In this document: one piece after another, positions 26,850 through 38,200 of the stretch
Position numbering within the stretch: the first letter of the stretch is position 1
Layout of the letters: every line of letters starts with the position of its first letter
DNA from: Yuukianura sp. NJ FZ-2021
Taxonomy: Eukaryota
NCBI GenBank assembly: GCA_046563655.1
Contig: CM102284.1
Location: 5,022,001-5,086,000 of the forward strand
DNA: 64,000 nt
Reading direction: 5' to 3'
Program-made: the position numbers and the translations under genes
Notes under the pieces: generated by a model
The model's input: the letters and a program-made list of their open reading frames with translations, nothing else
What the model was told of the DNA's origin: nothing
Database searches by the model: none

Positions 26850-27771
26850 TTAGTTTTGTTGGATGGGGAGTGTGTTGCTGCCGTCGAAATTGCTCATGTT
26901 GTGCGTGAGTGACTGTTCCACAATGTCGTTCATGTCTGGAATGTACATTCTGATGTGAGGCTGCTCAGCAAAACTCACTTCTCGGTGGATCTGGTGTTGG
27001 CGTCGCTTTGGTCGTTCATGTGGTCGCCAAATGTGAGGGAGGGGAGGGGCGAGTGGGGTGGAGGGTGGGGCGGGGGGTTGCGGTGGGTCCAGCACATCAT
27101 CGGCCTCAAACTCACTGCGCATGAGGTGGCGGTAGACCTGGATGGCCTGGGAGTAGTACTTGGCCCTTAGAAGCTGCTGGAGGTTCCAGCAGTCTTTGTA
27201 CGCAACTCCAACCTAAAAACAGGACTTTAGACTGACAATGAGTGAGTGTGAAGGTGAGAGGTCGTACCTCTCGTTTGAGCTTGTCAACTTGTTTGTTGAG
27301 GAGGGGGACTGTGGGGTGCCCTGGGTAGAGGTCAGCCACCATCTCCAGAAAAAGCTCAGTGGGACGGCGGGGCGAGCCACCAGAGCGGTAGGTGGCGTAC
27401 ATCTTCTTGAGTGCGTCTCTGAGAAGGAGCAGAACTCCGTTTCTGTGGAGGAACTGCATGAGCTGAGTCCCTGTCTTGTCCGGAGTGTCACGAGGGTACT
27501 CCGTCAGTCTCTGGAATAAAACAATGAAAGTTCATTTGACCTTTGACCTTGTGAGCGGTGAGGGTGTGTTTACGGGTGGGAGTCCAATGTACTCCGTCCT
27601 GGACTCCTTGATCATCGGTTTGAGCCCCTCCGTGTGGAATCCAGTCGTCACACTGTAGCGCGGAGTGACACGACGCAGATGCCGGAAGTGCGGATGTGCC
27701 TGTGGCGAATCTTGTCCAATCGTGGGGTCGTACACGTAAGTACCGATGTTCTTCGAATCTCCGGACGCCAT
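26850..27771 (-). CDS. 267-aa protein with an MYCBP/AMY-1-like helical domain, Pro-rich linker and RVxF-like motif; exons 27771-27574, 27510-27268, 27212-26850
   Basis: Three exons joined by phase-0 GT-AG introns into one ORF. QFLHRNGVLLLLRDALKKMY...PRRPTELFLE...QVDKLKREV resembles MYCBP as recalled (YLEKSGVLDTLTKVLVALYEEPEKP..ALDF plus coiled coil). REVSFAE lies near the C-terminus. Confidence 0.65.
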
Positions 27772-28392
27772 TTCAAAGGCAGAGAACTCAAACTGTCCCA
27801 AAACGTCAGAAGTGGAAGTTTTTCGTCAAAAACGTTGAGGAAGTCAAAATGTAGTAAGACTGATGATGCATGGATGGATGATGATGCGATGCACCTAAAT
27901 TAGTGGAAGTTGGAGTGGCAACACAACTTTCATTTGTTACAACTAAGTTGTTGGTAACCATGACATTGCAGAGTGTTTTAACAGTAAAAGAATGAAATGG
28001 TGACAGAGTTGTATTGGTTTTCTAATAAAAAAAAAAGCTGAATTTGTAGTAAAAGAAGCTTTTATTTTTTTGAAGATTCTAACTTTAATTTAATGTGGAC
28101 TACATTTATTAAGAAAAGTGTGTGTCCGTAGCACAGAAGTAAGCAACACAACTTATAATGCAGAGCCTTCTACTTGTGGTACATCTCTAAAGTAATTACA
28201 ATTTATTTCTATATAATCCTATATATAATTATAACAATATATATAAAAATAATTCTATAAAAATATAACTCTTTTATTTTGTACATTATTGGTCTGGGTC
28301 GTACATGAGGACAGCACTCGTCATGTCCATTGCCTCCACCACAACCGTCATCCATCACTGTAACATGTAACATGTATGGACACAGTATTTAA

Positions 28393-28621
28393 TGTAATCC
28401 GACCAAAGCGACATCAAGTTGGATTGGAACTGTCGTTCAAGTAAGTGGCGGCATCAGAACCAGTTGCCGCATCCAACATAATAAGCACTGTTCGATTCAT
28501 GATCATGACGGTATTAGCAATCCTGTCCAAAAAGTATGAAATATAATAAATATTTTTGAGCAATTTAGCAAACTAGAACTGTTATTATTTAGTTATATTG
28601 TTCAATTCAAGTGACTCATGC
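28393..28621 (+). pseudogene. 5'-truncated duplicate of gene D (matches 26542-26750)
   Basis: Shared atccgacca..catcaag..ggaactgtc..catcagaaccagttg..tccaacataataagcactg..agcaatcctgtccaaaaagtatgaaata..ttcaattcaagtgac; lacks the ATG and TM segment and carries small insertions. Confidence 0.75.
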
Positions 28622-28887
28622 TTAACATTAGTTTTTAAAAATTATGGGAATCTTGTGTCATGTAATACTAGGACGCCACACGCCAGCATTGTGAGAGTGC
28701 TGATGACGTTTATTGTTTTTGCAAGAATCATTTGCGAAAGGAAGGCGGGGTAAGGAGTAACGTATTTGAGAAAAAAAACACAAACTAACTGGATTGAGAT
28801 TGAGAATGATGACGTAAATGTCATACTCATACTCATACTCACCACCACCATTCAATTCATTTTTAGTATCCTTGAGTTAAATTTAAC

Positions 28888-28939
28888 AAGGAAAGTTGAA
28901 GACACTCCTTTTGTCTTTATCCTTTTCCCATGTGATCTG
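28888..28939 (+). promoter_or_regulatory. Duplicated upstream element, copy 1 (230 nt before the ATG at 29118)
   Basis: The 20-mer aaggaaagttgaagacactc is identical to 29503-29522, and both copies continue into a pyrimidine tract ending gtgatctg. Confidence 0.45.
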
Positions 28940-29117
28940 CTTAGTACATAGTATTTGGTGATTCCGTGTATTTGAATTATCAAAGCATACGATTTTACAA
29001 TTATCAAGAGACACAAACTCATAACCTTTAACAGTTACATCGTTTTCGCCCATCTGATTAAGTTCGAGGAAGATTAAACACGAAGTAGCGGAGTACTTAG
29101 TTTACTAATTAGTGACA

Positions 29118-29238
29118 ATGGGCAAGTTTTCTGGAGCGTTTGTGTCCATTGTGGGAATTGGCATAGTGGCCTTCATTGTTTACTACTGCTGCCTTCGACG
29201 AAAACGTCAACGGGCTGGAACAGTCATTCAAGTTACAA
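29118..29238 (+). CDS. Candidate variable first exon V1 (TM + Cys + basic patch, phase-1 donor)
   Basis: MGKFSGAFVSIVGIGIVAFIVYYCCLRRKRQRAGTVIQVT a|gtaag; 121 nt. Confidence 0.7.
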
Positions 29239-29502
29239 GTAAGTTTAATTAGGAATGCGTTGCGAATGCGAAAAACGATTGGTTGAGAAGAGGTAATCTA
29301 CGGAACATGTTATATACGGAACCCATTGTCTTCAGTGACGACGACTCGTCACTCATTTGAATTTTTCGATTCGTTCCATTGTCGGCATCCATTTTTGTCA
29401 CCAATGTTGCGAAATTTTGTTGAGCATGCCTTCCCGGTAGCGCCCATAAAAGACCATATTTCGGAGTCAATTTTTTGTTATTATCTGGAGATTTTGGCTA
29501 GA

Positions 29503-29552
29503 AAGGAAAGTTGAAGACACTCATTTGCCATTTCTTTTCTCCAGGTGATCTG
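29503..29552 (+). promoter_or_regulatory. Duplicated upstream element, copy 2 (270 nt before the ATG at 29773)
   Basis: Matches 28888-28939, including the identical 20-mer aaggaaagttgaagacactc. Confidence 0.45.
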
Positions 29553-29772
29553 TTTTCTTATAAGAGTTATTCCCAATACCAGAGTTATTGAAGTAAAACC
29601 ATGTTTTCAAGAATTTTAAAACTAGCAAATTCAATTTCTTACTAAGTTAATAATTTCTTACTTAAGTAAGAAATAAACATCTATGTAAGTCAATACGATT
29701 GAAAAATTGAAATCGCGGGGTACTCAACTCCAGCACATTACTACTGGGAGATCAGTGCTTGCTAAGCCGGCT

Positions 29773-29890
29773 ATGGCATTGCTCGAGTTTTATGGAGTGT
29801 TTCTGATGATTTTGTTAATTGGCGCAGCAGCCTGGCTTACTTACTATTCCTGTCTTATTTGCCGGTCTGAACCAGCAATTCAAGGTGCAA
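29773..29890 (+). CDS. Candidate variable first exon V2 (TM + Cys, phase-1 donor)
   Basis: MALLEFYGVFLMILLIGAAAWLTYYSCLICRSEPAIQGA a|gtaag; 118 nt. Confidence 0.65.
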
Positions 29891-30520
29891 GTAAGTTTAG
29901 TTTGATATGATTGAATTCGCCAATTCGAAAGAAAAAATACTGCATAAAGTGCCGGATTGTTTCCCCAATTACCTCTCTTCAATCTCTATCAGTATAATAC
30001 AATACATATTGCATTTAAGATCTAGAAAGCGTAATATAGTGCAAGGTTACACAAAAGGTTAACGGAGGTCATGGACATTGTAAACTTTTCCAGCAAATTA
30101 GCACATGCATCCCAATTTTCAAAATATCTGGTGGTCCTGTTCCAATAGTAAGTTGCCGAAAGGTAGGCTGCAGTTTGGCAGCATAACTGACCATAATGTG
30201 GGTGCATTCAGGAAGACCAACCATGTCGCACGTAACCTAAATGTTAAATTCAGAATTTATAAGTTAGTCACTCATTGATCTTTCACAATAAATCAACACG
30301 GAAAACCGAGTGGATCTAACCAATTCATACGTAGTGGTACTCCGTCATCGCTTTTCATAAGTTATTTCCTCTCCCCAAACCTAGTACTGGAAAGTAAAAA
30401 GACTAGCAAAAACAGATCATCACCTATTTTGTCTAGTCATCATCGCTATCGCTATCCAGGCAGGCATTTCGTCTTTAATCGTCTGATCTGATTTAAATTG
30501 AAAGAACCAACAAGCAGATC

Positions 30521-31249
30521 ATGTCGGACGTACCGGGGGTTGTATTTTTATTAGGAGTTGGATTCCTTATGATGGCTCTAATTGTTTGGGTCTGTTGTTG
30601 TCGCCAAAAACGACGACCTGGAAGAGTTATTCAAGTCGCAAGTAAGCTGAATACTTTAAGATTTTAGGGAAGTGAACGCAAAGCCATTTGTTTCGTATTG
30701 CGCAAACTCACTTCGATTTCTTCCATTTACAAATCGAATTCTACGAAGTTTGTAAGCTAAAATGCTGCCGCAAAATATTAAATGTTGTCAGGTTGATGTG
30801 ATGATCATGATTTGATAATGCTGGACACGAAAGAATCCGGGATGCAGTAATTGATTGATTCTGATTTGTTTCTTACAGCTACCAGAGTACCGCCAGCTAC
30901 CCCAAATGTTATGCCGTATAATCCGAATCCGGTAGGTCAATACGGAGGATACCCACCAGCCGGTACTAATTACGTCGGTAGTCAACAATATCCCGGTCAG
31001 CAGAATATGTCATCTTACCCAATCTATGCTCCGCCTTCTGGTCAACAAATGCCTATGCCTATGCCACCACAAGAAAGTGCTTTACATGTACAAGGAAATG
31101 CTCCCTATCCAATTGGTAATTGCCCACATTTTAATTCCTGTGTTAAGGTCGTACCGAAAACGATTACTAACGATTTACGTTTATGTTTAGCTCCTCAGAT
31201 GCCATATGAAGACTTACCTCCTCCTTACTCGGATGTGACCAAGCGGTAA
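30521..31249 (+). CDS. TM-Cys-PPxY protein: first exon V3 30521-30641 plus tail exons 30879-31115 and 31191-31249
   Basis: MSDVPGVVFLLGVGFLMMALIVWVCCCRQKRRPGRVIQVA a|gtaag joins a phase-1 acceptor; P/Y/Q-rich tail ends EDLPPPYSDVTKR. Confidence 0.82.
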
Positions 31250-31721
31250 CATGTGTACGCTGCAATTGTCTTGCTAAAGTTCGATCGCCATTTTTGCAAT
31301 TTCATAAGGAGAGCTTGATTTGCGGGTCTTTTCGTACCGGAAAGAGTTAAATTTCAAGAAAAAGTTGCAAAAAGGACTTAAGAAAGTTTCCACGCTCATA
31401 AAACGTACTACTTACGCTTACATTATTTAATTAGTACACTTCGTCGTTAGCCTTTAGATGTAAACGTAATTCAAATCTTCCATTTTTATACAAAGCTTCG
31501 TTAGTCTACTAGATTAAGTGTGTAAGATAACTTTAAATGGATCTGACAAGATTTCTTCATGTTTCTTAAGGACGAAGACGAAGCGTCTCTCACCTCACAA
31601 TAAGTCGATAAACACTTGATTTTGCTAAAAATGTTCTACGAAACTTGAAATTTCACTTCTTCAGTCTATTTTATTTTACGTAAAAATATTGTAACACACC
31701 ACTTACCAAATAACAACTTGA

Positions 31722-33279
31722 TTACAGCATTCCATCAACTAAGATTTCATCTTGCGTGACACCTCCGTCCGGTTTGGGATTTGGGATATCATCCAGCGCT
31801 TCTTTGGGAATCGCTGAATTTTCGAGAAATGCTGGTTCAGTCTCGGGCTGCTTAAGATCAATATCCTGTCGATGTGGTGTTCCAGTGCTAATGATTGGAG
31901 GAACTCCTTCGCTGCCTGTTTCGTGATTGGTGGATTCTGGCATCTGTGCGGAAGGCGTATTCGACGGAGCGTCAGTATCCAGTGGCTGCTGGATTTGAGT
32001 TTCGAAACTTTCGTCTGGGATCTCCGTCGCTTTCCAAATTTCACCGCCAGAGTCAGTTCCAAATTCAGTTGCAAGTTGACCTCCATCTTGAGTTTGTTCG
32101 TGTCCGTCATTTGGACCAGCGTCATGAACGTCGTTACTGCGTTCAGCTTCTTTGACCAAATCCAGTATTTGTTCAGTTGGAGTTTCGATTACTGCAGGCG
32201 GGTCGACCCAGTTTCCGATTTCCTCTGACGGATTCATGGATTCACTGGCACCAGCTTCGGCTTGCTCCGACGAAGCGTCTAAGCGATGAAACGATTCTTC
32301 TGCACCTCCTACAGTTTCCTCTGAATGCTTTGAAGCCTCCTCAGTATCAGCTCCAAGTTGGCTTTTTATGTTCGAGCCTTCAGTTTCGTCTACTTGAGCA
32401 TCTTCGGACGGATTCGGAGACTCGGGGGCTGGTGGAGACTCAATGATTGACTCTGTGTCATACCCGTTACCAGCATTATCAACTGCCCAGGACAAGAAAA
32501 ACAAGAGTTCCTTATTCCTTAACCTGTCAAATATAAATTTCACCGAACCTTCTAGGAAATCATGAATAAGTCCCCCAATAGTATCAAACAAGCTCGATAC
32601 TCCGTCGTCTCGCTCCGGAATTTCTTCCAGCACGTCGCCTTTGTCATCTTCCAAATGCTGTCCTCCGGGCGGCCACATTTGATTGACCTCTGGAGCTGCC
32701 ATGGATATTGACACGGGTTCATCATGAACTTCAGCTGAAGAGTCCAATCCAGTATTTTGGTCAATCACTTCCCCTGGACTTGGATTGTCAACCAATAGCA
32801 GTCCAAGTGCAACTCCAAGTACAACCAGCAGTGCAAACAAAAAGATTTTGTAAGTCATGCCTGGACTGGAGTCTGCTGGCTCTTCCCGACTTTCTTCCTC
32901 TTCTTCACTGTTGCTATTGCTATAGTCCAAATCTAAAATAGTCCAAACGAGATTTTCAATTTTAAAAATTTCAAAACCATCCAGATTCATGGTTGCATCA
33001 AACTACGTTTTACCGCTGGCATTCGGTCCTGGGTCGAGGCAGATATGATGCGATTCAGGCACCTCGTCTTGCTCAGCGTCCTCTGATCCGTATAATATTT
33101 TCCCCTCATTCCATTCCTCTTTTCCCAATCGAGCTAGGGAAAAGCAATTAATTACGAATTACGAATTACATTACTACGAACTTAACATTCTATGAAATTA
33201 AACTAAAATGTATTAAATTTTAAGTACCTTTCCGTTTCTTCCTATCCCTTCTACGTCTTGGTTGTACTTCTCCCGACAT
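31722..33279 (-). CDS. ASPH N-terminus-like (humbug/junctate-like) type II membrane protein with acidic luminal domain; exons 33279-33228, 33133-33014, 32932-31722
   Basis: N-terminus MSGEVQPRRRRDRKKRK and TM KIFLFALLVVLGVALGLLLVDN resemble insect Asph N-termini as recalled (MSGDVQPRKRKDKKRK...KIIFFAL...GLII.EN). About 350-aa E/D-rich region; no hydroxylase domain seen. Confidence 0.6.
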
Positions 33280-33719
33280 GGCGAAAATTAGTAACAAGAT
33301 CTTTTTCTGTTTTCTAAAGGATGAAAATCTCCTTTTGTTTTTTTTACTCTAAGATTTTTATTTTTAGAATCCGAATCTTTAGATTCCTAGCGTTAGCAAG
33401 AAACTTTTTATTTTTAGGATCTTCTAGGTCTCTTCTTCGCTTTAATGCGTCGTTTTTAACGTTTCGGTTTGTCTCTCCACAAGATTTTGGCATAAGTCAC
33501 TTTTCAAAAAAAACTGAACTTTCATTGCTTCAACGCGACGTTAAGATTAATTTTTTTCTTTCATAGTTTTTAAAGCAAACGTGACAACTCGAAAACGCAG
33601 AAACATTTATACGCTGTAAAGATCCAAAAATAAAGAAAAGAATTTTTTTTTAATTTACAAAAATTACAAAATTTTACCAATCAAAGGATTTTTTTATTCC
33701 CAAAAAAATTGAAGGTTTT

Positions 33720-34560
33720 TCTGAATTTTTTTGCACTGAATTACGCGAGATGCTATTCTGCAATGTAAGCGGACCAATGGGACGATAGAAATCGCTTCAA
33801 ATCAGAATTTCTGCAACTTTTGTATGAACGAAAAATCTTTGAAGATTCAAATTTCAATAGTTTTCAGAGATTTTTTTTTAGAATTTGACGAAATTTCGAG
33901 CGTGCGTTTCTTACAAAATTTTTGCCCTTAAGTTATGTAAAAAGATGTTTTGCAACTTGAATCGAGCGATGGAATTGCAGAAATTGCTTGCACCAGAGTT
34001 CAAAATTTTCAGAGTTTTCTAAAATGGGAATTGTTCTTGTATTTTTGAAACTTTCTGAAGAGTCTTTTGCATAGGAGGCTTTTGTGAGAGGAGAAAAGTA
34101 GACAGGGGATTATACGAAGCGAAGAGGCAGATAGCCTCTCTCTGCTTTTGGGATTTTTGTATGGTGAGGCCGCCAGCGGGAAAACAGTTGAGGAAGAAGG
34201 AGAGGAGCCTTTTTGAGTCGCCTAATCTCCGCATAGCTCCGGTCAGTTTTTCATAGGAGCCTTCCGCTTCTCAATGTTAAATCTCTTTCAAAAAATTCAG
34301 AAAATTGAAAAACTTTAAAAATTCATATCTCTGGAACGGAGTGCAATAAATTGCCAATTTCTGCGCGACTCAATTCAGAATGAACGGAAGAATATTTTAG
34401 GTCCATAAACTAGAAATGGAAACTTTGCAACTTTTGCAAAAACTTGTGAAAGCGTCATATCTCAGGAACGGATTTTAATAAATTGCTAAATTCTTTCACT
34501 TTACGGAACATCGTTCCGAAAATCCCTGCGAATTTTTAGACCGCAACCGCAGTGACTCCA
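33720..34560. mobile_element. Dispersed composite repeat, copy 1 (probable non-autonomous element)
   Basis: Core 34105-34400 (ggggattatacgaagcgaagaggc...tttttgtatgg..ggccgccagcgggaaaa...gcctaatctccgcatagctcc...aaaaattcatatctc) recurs at 44412 and about 45320; boundaries approximate. Confidence 0.75.
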
Positions 34561-35219
34561 AATCATGTAAAATGTAATAAGAAGTCAAATTGTGTGTATC
34601 TTCTTTTTATTAATTAAGTTTACTTACAATGAAAAACAATACACCATTATTTCATGAATTTGAGGAAAGAAACTCATCATGGACTCTGATTGTCATGATG
34701 AAGTGGAAACACTACAAAATCTTATCTATTTCTTAACTCAGCCATTTCCAGCCCAACTTTTATAGTGTTTTGACCCATTATTCTTACCCTGAAAACAATT
34801 CGAAAAACCTATAACCACAAAATTTTAACGAAACTTATAACTATTACGAAACTTTTACACCAAGTATTGAAAATAAACTAAAGTTCAACAAAATATTCGC
34901 TTAATTTAGAGTTTAACTCAAATTTTAAAATGCGCCATTACCGAAAACACAAATTCGCTTGAACATAAAGTTGGAAAAATATAATAATATAAAGCTAATG
35001 TTCTTACGACATTAGTGGTCGTAAACGTCAATTTATCAATGCTACTTAATGTTCTCGCAAAAAAAAAAGTGTTTGCATGGAAATGATGATGTTGTAGTAA
35101 AAAAAAGGAAGGCGTTGGTTCGAATCCGTCATTCCTTCTCCGTGTGTTAATCTTAAACGATCTCTATCCGGGTATGTTAGTTGCTAATGAATCCGAATAA
35201 CGTAGTCTTCAGCACGACT

Positions 35220-38200
35220 TCACTCTGACGGTTCACTCGTCTAATTCAAAGTAAAAAAAAAGTTGATTAAAACTAACTATTTTGATAATTTAACTTAATT
35301 GCAGAAAGTTGAGTTACACACTTACCTTGACTTCCGTCGATGTAGAAGATGGTTGTACTTGTACATTGGCATCCATCGGGGTTTGGATTATTTCTTTTCC
35401 TGCTCCTTGATCTAAACACAGATTACAATTATATATTACAATTAAATTACACAGAAAACGCAATGTTTCTATTAGGTGTTAGTTTCGGTAAAATACCTGT
35501 GACAGCATGCGTTGTACAGTTCCGGAGCGGATTGGCTTTCTTTGGTGACCTTGACCTTGAAGAATCCGACTCTGAATCACCGGCCAAATCTATTAGTTCA
35601 ATTTCTTCTTCTTCGAAAGCACTGCCAGTGTCTTCGCCCTCCTCTTCCCTGTCTTCGTCAGAACATTCTTCATGTTCATCATATCTGTTTGTACCTTCAG
35701 AGGACTCTGACATTTGAGACGACATGGAATGAGTTGAGTTGGCCCTTGCCGACATATAAGTTGAACTGACGTTGCTCTCGCCACTTTCTTTGTCATAATA
35801 TTCACCTTCACTGGCTCCACTGACATCTTTCTGGGATGAAATCTCGTTAGGAAACTGTTGTTGTTGGGAATCTGGAAAATATGATGCTGGAAGACAATTT
35901 GAAGATACTCCGTCTGACAATAGGTCCATGTCCGAGATCGTATTTACTATTGAAATTTTTGATTTTGAGGGGTAAACGGTGGATTCGTATCCTCCATATT
36001 CTTGTCCAGGAGTTCCAGAATCCTCGTCTTCAACTTCCGCCGCAAGTGGTGAGTTCTCTAACACTTCGTTGGACAGTAGAGAGTTCGCAAGGTCTCCTTC
36101 ACTAGCAGTATCCGTTGAACTATTATTGCTGTTAAGAGAGGTATTGATACCAGTGTGCTTCCTACTAAAATCGTTTCCAGTTTCACTTTCGTGGTTTTGA
36201 GATGAAGGCACAGTGATTTCCGAGGTATTGGAGGTGTTTTGAACTTGAAGTTGATGTGGGTTATTGGCAGACGTTGTTACTGCCGCTGGGTTCAGCTCGG
36301 AAGAAAACTTTGCTGAAGCTGAGAACAGAACGTTATCAACCATTTTAAGTTTATAGAACTAAACAGAATTAAATAACAATTTAAATTGCAATTACCAGCT
36401 GAAGGGACATCTTGACGAATAGATAATTCAGGCCGATTTTGATTCTGAGTAAAAGAAGAATTAAAATCTTTGGTCTGAACTGACGTAGACAATCCAGCTC
36501 CAGACGTGAGTGATGGAGGTAGTCCAGTTGGTTTCGCTGATGCTGAAATCACAGTTGGCATTGTGGCACTGAAAGGCGTCGACACCTTTGACATCTCCGG
36601 TGTTGTATAAGTCACCTTATTACTTGATTGTGATAACGGTGTATTGGCGGTAACGGGTTTTCCAAGCTTCGCGATCGCAAGAGCTTCAAAAAATATTGAA
36701 AATTAAGATCTCACAATTCTAAAGTAAACAACTTTTAGCAACTTCTCCTTACAATTGAGGTGTTTATTGGTTTGGGCTAGTTGAGAAGATGAAGAATTTG
36801 CTACAGCCGTTTGATTCTTCTGGACTTCAAGGATCATCAAATTGCTCTAAAAGTAAAGTTGACGACATTGAAATAGTAATGTTAATTACAATTAATAAAA
36901 ATTTTGAAGTAAATATGGTTTTTTACATTGTTGGCCCTGCGAAGGATCACGGCTTTTCCAGGAGCTCTTACCTAGATTTAAAGTATAAATTAGATTCATT
37001 GTTAAATTGGACTAAAACTTGAAAATGTTTAGAATCATTGTTGAATTTGACTAACAATTCCTCCAGGGGATTGCCCAGCAGGAGTAGATATCACGGGTCC
37101 TGGAAGGACATTTGGAGAGCTTTTTTGAACAAATATGATATTAGCACTTGGAGTTCTTGCACCCGCGGTTGTAGTAGTAGGCGGCAGAGCAGGGACGGCC
37201 TTTTCCGTTCCCACAACAGTCGACGTCGCAGTGGTTAGATTCGGTTTCTGCAGTGTTGAAACTGGAGTCTGGAGCGACGGTAGTGCCGGCACATTCACCC
37301 CTACTGACGTAGCAGTTGTGGGAATCGTAGAATTCAAAGAGGTGGTAGGGGTAAGCGGTGTGGCGGCGTTCCCTTGACTAGAAGTTGGGACGTTGCTAAT
37401 GGCGTTGGCAGAACTTCTATGTAATTTGGATGCGGCAAGTATATGTGGTTGGACTTTTCTTTGGTGAACGCCTGTAACTGGTGAAGGAGGCGCTGGTAGT
37501 GGTTGAAAAAACCTATTGACGGTTGACGACCCTGGTGGAAGAGTACTACTTGGAGCAGATGGAGGTGCTGGCAGTGTGGACTTAATTTCATAGGAATTCG
37601 GTCGTATCCGACCAGCTAGAGAAGATGCTGTGGCAGCCGATGTTGGAATAGTTCCAGGAACGGATGATATTGGTCCCGTACTTTGATTTAGAAGTTGTGA
37701 TGATTGGGTGAAATCTGGATTGGTAGTAGAATTTGACGAGTACGAGTTCGAGTAGTACTCAGGTTGCGGTGTATATGTCGCCGTTGCAGCCAAGTTTTGA
37801 GTTCGTTTCTTAGGAGTTGTGTTATTAGAAATGATTGGGGAATTGAATGATGCTGAGTGTAATGGAAAGTGATGAGGGGATTCATGGTAACCTTTTGAAG
37901 GAGAATTATGGTTTCCTATGATCTTTGAATTGGGAGCAATATTTACTTGTGTCCTTGGAATTCCACCAGGATTGATAATCTTGATTGGCGAACTGGCTGG
38001 AGGAGTGGGATATACAGGAGCTCGCACAATGACAGAACTAAAAGACGACGGAGCAGTAGTGCTGGATGGAATGGAGTATCGAAGATTTGATTCGTTATGG
38101 TCTGAATACACAGCGTTTTTAGGAGTTCCGGGAATTGACTCGTGGGGGTCTTCAATTATAATTGTATGCTTCGTCTTCTGCCGATTTTTAGAAGGAGGTT

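Noticed and set aside
26850-27800. GC-rich island as an endogenous viral element or transposon
   Set aside because: It resolves into a three-exon spliced gene with no viral or transposase motifs.
28642-28951. Short ORFs around (catact)3(cac)n
   Set aside because: Driven by a microsatellite; no coherent exon structure.
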